64,000 nucleotides of DNA from Spirogloea muscicola (taxonomy: Eukaryota): contig WELB01000012.1 in the NCBI GenBank assembly GCA_009602725.1, positions 1,171,224 through 1,235,223 on the forward strand, given 5' to 3'. A program made the translations under genes and the position numbers. The notes under the pieces were generated by a model that was not told the origin of the DNA, ran no database searches, and saw only the letters and a list, made by a program, of their open reading frames with translations. This document shows positions 1 through 13,324 of this stretch, piece by piece (positions within the stretch are counted from its first letter, which is position 1; every line of letters begins with the position of its first letter).

Positions 1-2146
1 CGCCGCCGCCGCCAGCGCCGGCGGCGATGACGGCGATGGCCGTCGCCACAACGGCCCGACGGCGACGGCGACGACGGCTGGCGTCGTGGCGGCCATGTGC
101 CGGCACTGCCTGGATAGCGGCCAGCTCGAGGCGCTGGTCGGGCTGCCCTGGGACGCCGCCGACGAGGCCGTCGTGCGCGCCTGCCTGGCCGACGCAGCAC
201 GCGGCGACCCCGCCTCGCCCGCCGGCAACTTCCTCCTCTGCTACTGCGTGCAGGCAAAGCCACAGCCTCCCAATCTGAAGCCCAGCCCTCAAACCCTAAG
301 CATCACACCCTGAACCCTGGCTTTTGATGCCGGCTCAGCTGCACGGCCTCCACTCACCGTATCGTGGTGCTTCGAAAAAGTTGCTTCTTTCAGTTTTGAT
401 AGTCTTACTGCGGCCTTGGAAAAGCCAGCCATCTGCAGAGTATTGGCTGTCTCAGGATGGCCAGCTGCTGGGGACAGATGCAAGTGACAGAGTGCGCGTG
501 TTGATGGGATCAGGCCGTGCATGCCGTCTTTGCCTGCGCAGCGGTGCCGGTACGAGGATGCATACCGGGTGCACGCATGGCTCTGTGGCCTCGAGGAGCA
601 GTTCGTCCAGCACTGCGGTAGCGAGGCGGCAGCTGCTCACGTCCAGACCGCCGCGGCGTACCGCGGCCACATTGCTGTGAGGGGCTCTGCCTCACCAGTT
701 GCCTGGCTTCTCTCCCCATGCAGTGTTTATTGGCTTGGACGTGTCGGTCGCTCCGATGCATACCAGACCCTGAGGTCTCTGTGAGCCCCGCATCTGTCGC
801 TGCAGAAAGCGTGCTTGGACTTACTGCCGGGTGTGCGGCGCGAGTCGCTGCTGCGAGAGGAGATCTGCAACCCTGGCCCCTCCGAGGGCTTCACAGACGA
901 CATCGCGGCAGCCATGAAGCAAGATACGGTTGCGGGCGCCAAGGCTGGCCTGACTCACTCGCCGCTTTTCTCGGTCCTGGAGGACCAAGAAGAGGCAGGA
1001 CCTAGCGGAGCCGCCAAGGGCAACGACTTTGCATGGAGCGACCAGGACTGGACTGCAGATATGGCCAGTCAGGAGTACGTGGCAGCATCGCATGAGGCCC
1101 TTGCTTCAAGAGACGCCTTGGCGCTGCCCAATGGGCACAGTGTGCAGCCCTGCGATGTGGAGCTGAGCCCCATCGCCGGCCGCCGGCTGCATTTTGACGG
1201 CGGCAGAACGGAGCCGTCAAGTGTTGGCTTGGCGCAAGCGGGAAGAGCCGGAGCTCGCGACTCGACCCCTGAAGCAGCCGGCCAAGGGCCCTCGTACTCC
1301 TTCCACTCCCCCCTGCGCAGCGACAAGGCCTCAACACGGCACGACAACATGCACAGCAAGTCCGCTGGCGACGCCATGCGGTCGATTCCTCGAGGCAGCA
1401 GTCCTCTGGAGCAGGGCAGGCTAGTCGTCACAAGGAACTATGCCTCCCGATCGCTGGCGGCCAGTCCAAGCTTGGCCTGGCCGGAGGATAGCCCAGCGAG
1501 CTTGGTGAGGAAGGGCAGCCGGAGTGGTGCAGCGAGTGAGCGCATGAATTCTGCTCTACTTTTTGGAAGAAGCTCAGTATCCAGACTTGCCACACAAGGA
1601 CGTGAGGACGTGACATTTCTGGAGGATGGCAGCCTGGAAGGGGCACCACCAATGTCAAGGCTGTCTGATTTTGCTGGACCAGCTAGGCAAGTTTGCACTT
1701 GCTTTCGTCCAAGGCATAAGATGAAGGCTTGCACTGTGGTTGTATCTAGTGGCAGGTAGCTGGGTACATATTACACCATCAAATCTTTAGCTCATGCTCT
1801 CCTTGGTCCTTGTCTTGCCAGCAGATTGCGGGCAGGTCCATTGGACATGGACGATGCTCCTCTGTGGGCCAGGCTCCCGCACAGGACTGCTTCCTCCAGC
1901 TTCCAGACTCCCTCCATCGCTTCACTGGCTGGCAGTTCTGCTCCGCCTTGGAGTAACTCAGTCAACACCTTAGGTCAGCAGGTACCAGGAGAGCCGAGCA
2001 TCGATGCAACTCAGGATGGTCCCAGGTGGCCTTCAGAAAACGACGTGCAGCGGCCACCTCCAACGGACCTCTACACATTGGCTAGGGCTCGCAAACTTCC
2101 AGCAGGTCGACGCGGTGGGCTCAGTAGTCGGAGGCACGTCTTGTAG
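1..2146 (+). CDS. HOS1: 3' part of HOS1 / ELYS-like nucleoporin-E3 ligase gene (spliced; exons approx <1-253, 542-676, 806-1686, 1825-2146; 5' end outside window)
   Basis: Spliced translation MCRHCLDSGQLEALVGLPWDAADEAVVRACLADAARGDPASPAGNFLLCYCVQ/RCRYEDAYRVHAWLCGLEEQFV...YRGHIA/KACLDLLP matches, from recall, the plant HOS1 ELYS-region pattern (LPWnsdEEk.lh.CL.D.A.dDP.s..G.LLvv.Y.QRyRY..AY.V). It is followed by a long low-complexity Ser-rich tail. Confidence 0.85.
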
Positions 2147-2372
2147 TTCAGAAATAGCTAGGCACGGCGACTTCGCCACCCATCGCTTATTCAGCCTTAG
2201 GTGAAGACGATGACATTCAAGAGAGGTGAGTTTTTGGCCATCAACTCAAAGGGGATGGGCATCAAAAAGAGGCGTCAACTTGTGATTGTCAGGATGTGTC
2301 CGATAGTTTGCAACAATGTCAAGTGTATAATGTCGTATAAAGTGCAGCATGACCATAGCTTCTTAGCCATCC

Positions 2373-5300
2373 TCACGACATCAGGTTGCTGACCAGGTGA
2401 CATAAGCAAAGAGAAGTAACAAAGGTGGCCGCATATGTTGGGCACTTTAGTCGCGCAAGGTCCAGTATCAACAAGCTCAAACATCTGCAGACCTCAAGCC
2501 TACTCTGGTGCCATTGTATGGTACAAGTACTTCTGAGGTCCGCCCAGCGTCTTGGAGGTGTTGGCCAAGTCCTGTGTAAGCGCTCGCAGGGACCTGACAA
2601 TGTGAATATGTGGTCAATGCCTCGGCTCTGATGATTGAGTTGCAGAGAGCACTCCACCATGCTTGAGCAAAGTCAAGTAGTGATAGTTCCGTACCAACAC
2701 CCGTGTGGACTTGGTGCTTCGTATGATGTCAGCAGCCTCTCCCCAGCTGTATTTGTCAACCACTACAATGTGGATAAATATTCTGTTGCAAGTCCCAACA
2801 CTGCAAGGAAAGCCCGTTGCAAGGTGCATAAACAGAAAGACTTGAGGAGAGGTGGCATTTCAACAAGGAATCTGCAGACAAACCTTAGCCTGGCTCCAAT
2901 AGAATAGAGTCTGACATCCACCCTCAAGGGATGCAGTGGAGCCAAGGCAAGCTCCACATCTAAGCCTTCCTGTATGAGGATGAGATGTCAGTCAGAAGGA
3001 CAAGCAGCTCCTCTTATGCAACAGCCTGAAGCACTTTCACGCGATTAGCCTGATAGAGATATACGGACATCTGATTAGGATCCGCTATCCATGCGCCAAA
3101 CCTCGTAAGTATTATGCTTACTTGGCTGGACATGTGACTCATTGGTTCCTATTATTGTAGAAGACAACAACCTGTGTGAGCAGGAGCAGGCATCTGCTGT
3201 CTGCTTGCCACTTCAGGAGCAGGTCCATAACAGGACCCATGCGGAGGCCTCCATGAGGCACGATGGCTATGCATGGCTCCTTCCACGCCCTCCTGGAAGC
3301 ATTTTCGACTTGGCCCGTCAATTGATCGGCTGGCATCACAATTTAGCAGACCCAACAAGGTACTATAGCTGTAGGAGCCTGTGTTACTTGCTTTGCACAT
3401 GGCTTCTCAGCCCCCTGGTCGTAAGTACATGCCTTAGAGCCCCATCTACCCTTGTAGCTCGATTGTGTGACATGGGCAACACCTCAGCTCCACACAGTGC
3501 AGGGATGGAAATACTTGGAGCCGGCCCTCTCTAATAAGCTCAGCATGCCCAAAACTGGGGAGGCCTGCATACAACTGAAACGGAACTGTCAACAGTAGCA
3601 CCTGTATCATGTGGACAACCACATGCATCCATGACTTCGTGATTGATTGCATGAACAGCGTCGCCCAACCTTCTCCTGTCGCTCCAGTGAGAGCCACTCA
3701 GGTACAATGTTGGCATAAGCCAGAGCCTCCTCCGCAATGCTGCTGATGTAGAAGATTGGTATGCTTCTGCACATGCATGCTTAGCAAGAGTTAGCTAACA
3801 CTAATTTCAACCCCATATGATACCCATCAGTAGGTCTGTTCTTTCTAATCGCTGATTCGTATAAGTCTGTCGAATAACTATCACAGATTTGAGCTGAGTA
3901 AAGGGCAGGCTTCACCTAGAGGCCACAGAAGTGCTGCAACATTTCATGCTCTCACCTCGTCTGGACTTGAGCAGCCAGCTGCTCAATGAGCTCGAGCTCG
4001 ACACCGCACGGGTCCGCTGGTAGCAGCACACTCCCGCCCCGATCTATGGCCATGCAAGCTGCTCGAGTGGCAGCGGCCAGCTGGGAGTTACGCCGCTGTG
4101 TCGCTTGACGTCGGAGCTCCTCAGTCATGCCTTGAGCACCCAGTTCAAGCGCAGGTGTAGGTGCTGTGCCCACGTCCGCGTCCAGGCCAGCGGACGCTGG
4201 CATCCCCTCCCGGGCGTCACTGCAGGATAGTGCAGCAGGCGGAGCTGGCATGGCGAGGCTGGAGAAGAGCAGGTCCTGGCTTCTGCCAAGTGCTGCCAAA
4301 GTGTATCATAGACCGAGTCAGACAGAGCAGGACCGCAGCTTGCCGCTGTTTCTGAGCACAGTGACCATTGAAAGGTGCGACCAGCTGCAAGCATGGCGGA
4401 CGGGGCTGCGGAAGCCTCACTGGGCAAGTCGAGCGGCGCGAATGGTGTGCGTGCTGCCGTGGAGGAGGCGACGTATGACACGCAGCGGCCGCTGGCGCTG
4501 TCCTTCAGGACCCAGTTGCACGATCCAATGCCTGCCCCGCTGCCAACCGGCACGACACGCAGCACGCTGCTCAGCAGCTCCTCCTCTCCGAGGTGCAGCC
4601 CATGGACCATCTCGAGGCTTCGCTCCACGTCTTCTTCGCTGCAGGTGCACCATTTTGGACCAAGCACTTCAGAAAGTTATGCTCAACATGCTATCCACAT
4701 CTCCGAGTTGACCCAGATAGATCCCAAAGTAACAATATCAAATACATGCTGGACACAGTGAGGGCTCGAAGATGCGGATGCTAACAGATAATTGCCTAGT
4801 GAATGATTGTCCTAAAGCCTAATTGCCTGATCAATCATTCCCAAGACGCATGCCGCGTCTTGGGACGACCTGTACAGCTTGCGCCACTCAACGGCTGCGC
4901 CGCCGCCCATGGACGACCCTGCAAGCTCCTGCTGGAGGCCCTCAGGCAGGCCAGCGAGCTCCTCCGCACGAAGCCACCCAGGTGGGTCCTCGGTGGCCCG
5001 AGCATCGTACGGGTAGAGCCTCGCAAACTCTGCGTGCAGCGCCACGAGGCCCTGCATGAGGAGCCGCGCCACATGCACCGAAGGGATCGTCGCCAGGACC
5101 TGGGGAGCAAGCAGCAACAGGCATATCATGCGGCTGCTCAGCGCATCACCCTCGGGGACTCATGACCGACACTCATCATTTAGAGACGGAGACGCCTCCC
5201 GTGGGTGCACTGTGTTGCGTTCACCTCAGTGTGCATGCATGTTGGCACAAATTATCCAGGTTCGCCACACTGGAGCAGCATCATGCTGACCCTTGAAGTG

Positions 5301-6030
5301 TGTTCTCTGTGAGCTTAGACGTAATGCACGCCACCTGACAAGGCAAAGACTGCTCCTGGAAAGATTCACTGTGAGGCGTCCAGATCCTGAGCTTATAGTT
5401 TTGGGTTATGGTTGTAATTGTTGTTTTATCAGTAATACCCTGCCTTTGAAGGCGGGGTCCAGGACCAGGTATGGCAGCGCGGTCATGGCGGCGGCGCTGG
5501 AGACGAGCACGATGTCAATGGTCGAGGGGTCCACCAGGGACCTGTCGAATGGCGGCCTGTAGCGCGGCTCGCCGTCGACGAAGACCGTGCCGCCTGCCCT
5601 TGCGAAGAACGGTGGCAGCGGCGGCTGCAAATCGCGGTCGGCTGGCGCTGTTGGCGGCAGCTGCAAGAGAGTGCCAAGCGAAGGAGGCTCAGTGCAGGGG
5701 GCTGCACTAACATGTTTTGGGGCAATAATCAAAACTCGGTCCAGGATAACAGCAAATAATTCGATTGATAGCTTTTTCAAGTTATTAATTGACGTTCTCT
5801 CCTGTCTACTTCCAGCGGACATAGTACTTACTCGTGACTTAGTAGTCACTTAGTATGGCATGACTGCACGGTTAAGGGATCGAGGCGGGACGATGGTGCT
5901 GGTCTGTGTACCTGGGTTGGCAAGAAGCGGAGCAGCGTGGGCAGCTGCAGGGGGCAGTCGAGAAGGAAGCGGCGGCCAAAGCAGTCGAGCACGAGCGGCG
6001 GGCCCTCGCTCCCCGGGAGCGCGCTGTGCT
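2373..6030 (-). CDS. INTS9: Integrator complex subunit 9 (inactive beta-CASP/MBL family), multi-exon; both ends approximate
   Basis: Exon peptides LVLDCFGRRFLLDCPL, GTVFVDGEPRY..DPSTIDIVLVSSAAAMTALPYL, VLATIPSVHVARLLMQGLV, WRKLY/SEEDVERSL, GSGAGIGSCNWVL, GGSVLLPADPCGVELELIEQL and WKEPCIAIVPHGGLRMGPV follow the INTS9 motif order. The catalytic HxHxDH motif of INTS11/CPSF73 is not seen. The start codon was not located (possibly in or near the gap), and the last exon is uncertain. Confidence 0.85.
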
Positions 6031-6289
6031 GGCAGCATGAGCAGGAACGGCACACAGCTTTGGCTTCAGGTCGGACTCGTGTATATCTACCTGTTGTACG
6101 GCAGCAATGGCTTATGCTGCACAGTGCCTCTGAGCAAGCTTCTTCTGTGTGAGACCGTCGGGCCAGCTCCTCAGGTGGAAGAAGGTGAGCGTGAGCGAGA
6201 GGGAGAGCGAGGAGACGGAGGGGAGGAGATGTGGAGAGGAAGGGCGCAGGAGGAGTGAGGAGGGTGGGGTGGGGAGGGAAGGGGGGGCC

Positions 6290-6313
6290 GAGAGAGAGAG
6301 AGAGAGAGGGAGG

Positions 6314-6406
<93 letters not shown>
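6290..6406. repeat. (GA)n microsatellite running into an assembly gap, between divergently oriented INTS9 and importin genes
   Basis: Directly visible GA dinucleotide run followed by N gap 6407-6845. Confidence 0.95.
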
Positions 6407-6845
6407 NNNNNNNNNNNNNNNNNNNNNNNNNNNNNNNNNNNNNNNNNNNNNNNNNNNNNNNNNNNNNNNNNNNNNNNNNNNNNNNNNNNNNNNNNNNNNN
6501 NNNNNNNNNNNNNNNNNNNNNNNNNNNNNNNNNNNNNNNNNNNNNNNNNNNNNNNNNNNNNNNNNNNNNNNNNNNNNNNNNNNNNNNNNNNNNNNNNNNN
6601 NNNNNNNNNNNNNNNNNNNNNNNNNNNNNNNNNNNNNNNNNNNNNNNNNNNNNNNNNNNNNNNNNNNNNNNNNNNNNNNNNNNNNNNNNNNNNNNNNNNN
6701 NNNNNNNNNNNNNNNNNNNNNNNNNNNNNNNNNNNNNNNNNNNNNNNNNNNNNNNNNNNNNNNNNNNNNNNNNNNNNNNNNNNNNNNNNNNNNNNNNNNN
6801 NNNNNNNNNNNNNNNNNNNNNNNNNNNNNNNNNNNNNNNNNNNNN

Positions 6846-9800
6846 TGGCCCTGGACGCCGCTGCGCCCGCCGACGCCCGCCTCTTCGCGCTCGCCATGCT
6901 CCAGGCCAGCGCCGCCGCCGCCGCCGCCGCCGCCGCTGCCGCCGCAGTTGGCGCCGTCTGTGCTGACCTGACGATGGCGTTGTCCTGGCTCTCGATACGC
7001 TGCGCAGTCCAAGCTGCGGTCGTCCGCGCAGGAGCTGTCGGGCGAGGAGGCCGTGGCCATGTTCCGAGGCCTGCTCGCCCACCTAGACGACGCCATGGAA
7101 GCGGCGCCGCCGCCGCCGCCGCCAGCCTTCCGGGCTGGCCTGCTGCTGGCCGTCGCTGCTGCGGCGGTGGCCGCCGGCCCTGAGGCCTGCACGGAGGTGA
7201 GCTGCTGCCCGGCTCGTGTTGTGGTTCTGAGCCCATTGTGATGACTCGAGATGTCAGCTTACCTCTCGCGCGCGTTGGTGCTGGCTGTGACGCCGCCGCA
7301 GCTCGTGGAGAAGGCCCTGGCGGACCCGCCGCCGAGCAGCCGCGGCGTGGCGCTGCTCACGGCGCTCGCCGACGAGGCCATGCTCCGCTCTGGGCCGGTG
7401 TCTCCCGAGGTACGAGAGCGCGTCCGCCATGCCAGCTTCTGGCATTACTACTCGCTCGCTTGCTTGCTGGCCCCCCCCTCAAGTCCTGGAGCGCACTGGC
7501 CAATGTGGCTTGCAGCAGCCCTTAAGTGATCTGATTAGCAGGTTACAATCACAGCTTTAGGCTAAGTGAAGTACTCATGATCACATGTTGGCATTAATAC
7601 CATCTGAAATACTGGAAGAGAGGTCACAGCTCATCCTTGTGGCTTGGACGAAGCAGCAGACGAGTATCGCCAGAGTAGAGGAGGGGCCCCTCAGCTGATG
7701 CAGTTTCCACTGCCGCCAGGTTGGGGCGTTCCTTGAGGAGGCCTGCCCTGCGGTCGTGCGCTTCCTGGCGGCGCGCGTCGCCGACACGGAGCCGGCTGCG
7801 GCAGAAGCGGCACAAGCCGACAGCCTCGCCGCCGCCTTCACGTGCCTCAGCCACTGGTGCGACATCGGCGCGCCCAACATCAAACTTGCCTCTCTGCAAT
7901 GTAATTGACACCGGAAGCAACTCATAATGGCTTTCTCTTTTGCATGCATCGCCATCTCAGGCGGTCCGCACCGCCAATGCTTGCAGGATCCACAGCGGCG
8001 TCACGCTCTCCGAGCTCCATGACGAGTACCCAGCCCTGCTTGCTGCAGCGCTGCACGCCCTCGGCTCGCGGAGCGAGGCGCTCTTCGACTCGGCCGTGGA
8101 GCTCCTTGGCGACCTCGTGATCGAGGTGGACGGGCTTCCAGGGCGGACAGCCGCAGTCAATGCCACCATCAGTGGTGCTCACCTCCCTCCCTTTCCATCT
8201 CTTTCTTTCCTCTCTGCCTCTCTTTTGTTCTTCTCTCCCTCCTCTCTCCCTCTCTTTTTCTCTCTCTTTCTTCTTCTTACGACTCTCATGACTCCCTCCC
8301 CCCTCCCTCCTTGTCTTTTGCCTCTTCCTCAACCTCTCTTTCAGAGTCTTATGGGGCAGTAATCGAGCAGCTGCTCCTGCTGGCCTTTCAAGCATGTTAC
8401 CGAAGTGCCCATCAGGTCTGAGATTCAAAGCCACAATCGCGATGCACTCTGACGGGCCGTCGCTTCTCGTGGTGTGCAGGCATCCTGTCTCAGAGGTCGG
8501 CAGTCGCAGCCATGTCCAAACGCCAAGGACATGGGCTGGCTTTACTCGTGGCGACAGTGGCCGGCGCGGAGGCGGGCTTCATCATGCGCAAGGGAGGGGC
8601 TGCTGAGATGGCGCTGCTCGACTGGCTCGCGTCAGCCACCGCCAGCGGGCCCGAGAGCGCCGGCGCCGCCGCCGAGGCCTGGCCCAAGCTGCTGTCAGTG
8701 CCCGCCTCGAGCCGCGCCGAGTCCTTCCGCGACCCGCGCCTGCTGCTCCAAGTGCTGCAGGTGACCACTGAGGACAGCTATTAACAAATGTATTATTGCA
8801 TTTCTTGACAATCAGTATTGATAATCATGATATTTCTTGTCACAGATCACATCACATTCCCCCGTGACTGGATTGCCGAGTGCACGAGTTGCTATTCATT
8901 GGTTTCTCTCACGTGGTGTCTGGTGCTGTGGTCCTGCACCCATCAGGCAGGCGGTGCTGCTGTCTGCCAGTCTGCCCCCAGGCTTCACCTGCTGGGAGGA
9001 GTCGGAGCTTGACCAAGACGTCTTCTTAAGGTGCGTCATTCAACAGCTGACCTCTCAGTTGAATATGTGTAAATAGTTGCTAGCATGCAGAGCAGCTGTC
9101 ATATCGTGTACCAGTCAGATCAGCATGAATTGCCAGCAGCTTGGTGTCCTATGTTGGCGCAGGTTCAGGGAGGACTCCGCAGCAGACACGCTCGCCGTCC
9201 TTTGCCGGGAGCTGGGCCAACTGTACATGACCTTCTTGGGCTCGCTGCTGGCCAGCCCGGCGAGCTGGCAGCAGGCGGAGGTTGCTCTCTTCGCCATGGC
9301 CGCCGCCAGCTCGGAGGCTCTTGAGCTCGGGCGCGGAGGAGAGGCTGCGGAAGTTAGGCCGTGCCTGGCTATGGTTTTCGCCGGGCTGCCTGGAGCTGCC
9401 GCTCTCGCAGCTAGAGGTATGAATCTCCAGATGCAATGTAGATGAATAATCTTGGCAGTGGCGGCTCCTGTTACACCTGCAGAGATTTTACTAACAGGAG
9501 ATCTCTTTACCATTGTATAGAATGTTAGTCTTTGAGGCATGAAATCAGGGGCACTGACCACTGCAAAGGTCTTGTGTGATCATCACCTCTGAGAGCTCAG
9601 GCTTTTTGTTTGTGCAGATGCCGTTACTGCTCCCCATCACATGCTGGTTGCAGCCACGTTGCAGTTCACGGAGAAGTTTGCGCCCTTCGCTGCAGAAGAT
9701 ATTTCAGCGCTGGAGGCAGGGCTCAAGTATGTCATGAACGCGCTCTGTGCGAGACCAGGTAACCAAGTCAAGGTTCAAAAATATGAAAGCTGCTAACTCT

Positions 9801-12265
9801 GTTTTGCCTTCATTGTGGACCACTTAGAGTATGATTCTGGTTATTTTTCTTTTCTAGCATGTTTGACTAACGGTCCATTAAGGGATATTGGGTAGCCTTA
9901 TCGTGTCTTTTCCTCAGTCGCAGGCAGGGCAGCGTGGGCCCTGCGGGCGCTGTGCTTGTCTTCCACGCGGCATCTGGCGGCTGGGCACATTGTCGCGAGC
10001 CTCATAGAAGCCTGCGAGCAGGCAGTGGCAGAGGCTTCCGTCACCGAGGCCAGCAGGACGACGGCTGGCGACGAGGCAGGGGGCCTCGGGGAGGAGGATC
10101 AGGTGGCCATTGCAGAGGCTCTGGCGACGGTCGCCGTCGGCCTGCCGAGTGAAGAAGCCGCTAAGTCGGCGCTCCTCCGGATCGTGGGCCCGGCTTTCGC
10201 CACCATCCAGCAGCTCACGTCGGTACAACCTCAAGGAGCTGGCAACCGCAAGCTCGCGGGCACCTTGCGGCTCGTCGCTGCGGTGGTAACCGCCAGTGGG
10301 AAGGCGCCGCCCCGGCTGGGAGCGGAGGGCCAGAGCGGGCAGCTGCTGGTCGTCCTGCTGCGGCAGGCCTGGCCCCTTGCGGAACACATAGCTGCCACAA
10401 GAGTTGACGACAGAGACGTCTCTGCAGCAGTCTGCGCTCTTTGGGGCGCGGCAGCCCACACGGCGGGCGCGTATGTGGCACCCTTACTTCCACAAGTGAT
10501 CGACAATGCACGAGTTATGTTTGTCAAGCACCACCATGCTGACTGCCTCCGATGCCTCCAGGAGGTATGGAGGCGCATAAGCTCTTGGGGTTCCTTACAG
10601 TGGAAGCTTCCATTTAGAATATATCCTGCATGCAGAGATCTATCTCTTCTGAAGCCGTTTTGAGGGTTACCTACTAGATCAACTTAGAAAGAGGAACAAG
10701 TTGTACAATTGCTGGTACTCTTGTTGCTCTGTTGGCCGCAAACAGCTCCTACACCGGCATGCTCACCAGAGTGGTGAAGTGCTTTTGCAGGTCTTATATG
10801 TGCAGCTTGAGGAGGACGGACTCCGAAAAGCAGTTGCAGCCAGTCTGGCATTTGCGCTCACCACCGTGGCAGGCGAGCTTCCCGCACTGCAGCAGCAGCA
10901 AGCTGTAGAGGCCGGCACGTCAGGCTCAGCGTCCAAGGAGCGGCAGAGGCATCGGAGCGCTGTGGATGTGTATCAAGCAATCTGCGAGTTCGCTCAGGTG
11001 CTTCTGATGAGGGACCCCGGCACCCTCCTGAATTCTCCTTCGTTCCTCCCGTTGCTGCGGTGTGGAGTAGGTGAGCATGTAGTCCCATCTCACCTGGTCC
11101 ACAGAGGCTTGATCTTGCACGAGCTTGTGCTGAAACTGAATAATCTGGGCACGCAAGATTGTTTGTAGCCACTACAAATGCATGTCCAATGCTGATGTGC
11201 ACTGCCAGGACTCATCCTTGACTTAGCTGTCTGTGTTGTTGTAGTGTAGTCCTTGACGTGGAGGGTCCTCTTTCAGGAATCGTCATCAGTTCTGTTGTGT
11301 TGTTGCATGTAACGCTTGACTTGGAGGAGCCCACCTCTTGCAGGCTGCCTGGGCATGCATGAAGTGGAAGTAGCGAAATTGGCGGCACATCTCATGCTTG
11401 CTATCTGTGAGGCCGCTGGAGGAAATTCACTCCCAGTGGACCTTGCCGCACGCGCACAAGAGGCCGTCTCAAACTGTGCGCAAGCCATTGTGCAGGTAAG
11501 CTGAAGAGGCAAGATACTTTCTCAGACTGCAGCCAGGAATCTTATTGCGGATCATACTGTGCCTAGATGGCACTTAGTTGGCCAGGCATTGCCCGCCTCT
11601 GTGAAGTAGTATAATGTTATCCATGACATGCACATTGCAGTAATCTTTCAACATGTCTCATCAGCTTCACTGATGCTCTCTTCATGGCCTTTGCTGCTTT
11701 GCAGGAGATTCTGAGAGCAGTAGCAGTAGGCTCAGCACTCAACGAAGCCGTGATTGCAGCCATGGCGGACGTCTTGCGAGTGCTCTGTCAGCAACATAGG
11801 GAGGCAACTCGAGCGACCATGATTTTTGTGATGGAGGTAGGGCCCAAGACAGGCGAAAAAGAGAGGCTCCAGAGTGTGTTGGTGATAAGTATCTGCGGTG
11901 CATTTTCGTGCAGTCCACCTACTATGAGCGTTGTGTCTTTAGTGGGTGATACTTGACCCTCCTATGACATTCTGCAGGCCCGAGACTTTCCTGTGGGAGC
12001 AGGCGTTCTGTCTAGCAGGCAGAAGCAACTGCTGGCAGTGGCTGCAACGAAGCAACCCCCGCACCCCAGGCGCCGCTACCAAGGTAAGAGCTTGCAAACT
12101 GAAGCAATATGATGTGGTATAGCGTTTGAGAGTGCATGCGCTGACTTTCCTTTGTGTACAACATCTGTTGCTTTCTGCGTTCCTGCAGAGATGTTTTTGG
12201 AATTCTCAAGAGTTTGCCAAGGGCAGGCGCAGGCAGAGTCCCTGGAGTGGTATGCAGACCAGTGA
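6846..12265 (+). CDS. Importin-beta family karyopherin, importin-13/transportin-SR (MOS14/TNPO3)-like; multi-exon, 5' end in gap
   Basis: Many GT-AG-bounded exons encode Ala/Leu-rich HEAT-like helices, including AAFTCLSHW, LFDSAVELLGDL, ELDQDVFL/RFREDSAADTL and WQQAEVALFAMAAAS. The last exon (12189-12265) reads EMFLEFSRVCQGQAQAESLEWYADQ*. Subfamily assignment is by recall only. Confidence 0.7.
8180..8345. repeat. Intronic CT-rich low-complexity tract
   Basis: Near-pure pyrimidine tract inside an intron of the karyopherin gene. Confidence 0.8.
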
Positions 12266-12496
12266 AGGCCCGTCTTCTTTCATACTTACTTGCTCAGCAC
12301 CCATCTGCCGCTGACTTTGTTCAGGCTCCAGCTTTTACAAGCTGAGACAGGTTCTTGAATTCACCTAATTAGCGCCTATGCTCCTAGTGCTTGCTGTTTC
12401 AGTGAGAGAGATTTGATCACCTCGAGGAACAATCCGTCCTCTTGCGATAAGTGACAACATTTGTTCAGCATGCGCCTTTGGTCATGGAGTCCTTTG

Positions 12497-12975
12497 TTTC
12501 GCATGCGCCTGGCTTTATCCCTCCAGCGGTCCTTGGCCCACGCCTTGCATCTGCGAGCTGGCCGTGCTCTAGCTGCACCCTCTGACTGTCATCAAGGAGA
12601 CTGCTTTCCGGTGGCTAGTTCTTCTGACTTGCGGCTGCTAGAGGTGACAAAGTGACTATCCTTCATGGTACTTGCTTAGTTGTGTGTTTCTGCGCTTTCC
12701 GGTCGCTCCGGACCCAGTACGGTCTTCTGGGGCTGGCTTTTCAGTTTGTTCGTTCTCTTTCTTCGGGGATGTTTAGTGTCCCCCTTAGCCAGCTCATTAC
12801 CCAGTTAACAGGACATTTGTAAGGCTAGAATTGGCCTCCCTTTCGATCTCATGCGCACCGCGCGCCTTCACTTTCTGGCCTGGTCAGCCACAGGTATCGC
12901 CCTCTATGGGACGAGTCCTCTCTTTCACAGCCCTATGGGCCCCGCTCACTTCCTTTGGAAGGGAGCCCCTCTCTT
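12497..12975 (+). mobile_element. 5'-truncated RLE (CRE-like) non-LTR retrotransposon 3' relic with degenerate 3' UTR
   Basis: FRMRLALSLQRSLAHALHLRAGRALAAPSDCHQGDCFPVASSSDLRLL matches the C-terminus of the long copy at 62.6-63.6 kb. GGGCTGGC motif lies downstream. Confidence 0.8.
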
Positions 12976-13074
12976 GCGGCTCCGCACTAGCGGTTACCAA
13001 GTGGTCATCCTACCAGCAAAAGCTTTGACAAGAGCGCCTGTGGCCCCTTAGGACCTCGTCAGTCCTTTCCGGGC

Positions 13075-13109
13075 TTTAGGGTTTAGGGTTTCGGGTTTCG
13101 GGTTTAGGG
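13075..13109 (+). repeat. Interstitial plant-type telomeric repeats / telo-box cluster upstream of PWD
   Basis: TTTAGGG TTTAGGG TTTCGGG TTTCGGG TTTAGGG, about 215 bp upstream of the ATG at 13325. Confidence 0.85.
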
Positions 13110-13324
13110 TTCCCAGCCCTTGCCACCTCCCCTGCTTCACTTAACTGGAAAGTCTCTGGGCCTAGGTCCGCAGCTTGTCGCTGGCCTGCCACGGGGAGTC
13201 TTCTGGAGCTCCCACGTGGCAGCGTGGGGCTAGTCTCCGAGGCTGACGCGTGGCACCGCGCAGCAGTTGGGAGAAGCACTGTCGCGCCGAGATCGCCGCC
13301 GCGAGCCGCCGCAACTTGCGCGCC

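Noticed and set aside
5846..7236. Long ORFs with LSLSLS/ERERER runs spanning N gaps (also 31306-32344, 47006-49313)
   Set aside because: Artefacts of microsatellite and N runs lacking stop codons.
13250..13324. GTG-initiated N-terminal extension of PWD
   Set aside because: A non-ATG start is unsupported in a eukaryote. The N join at 13362 more simply explains the short transit peptide.
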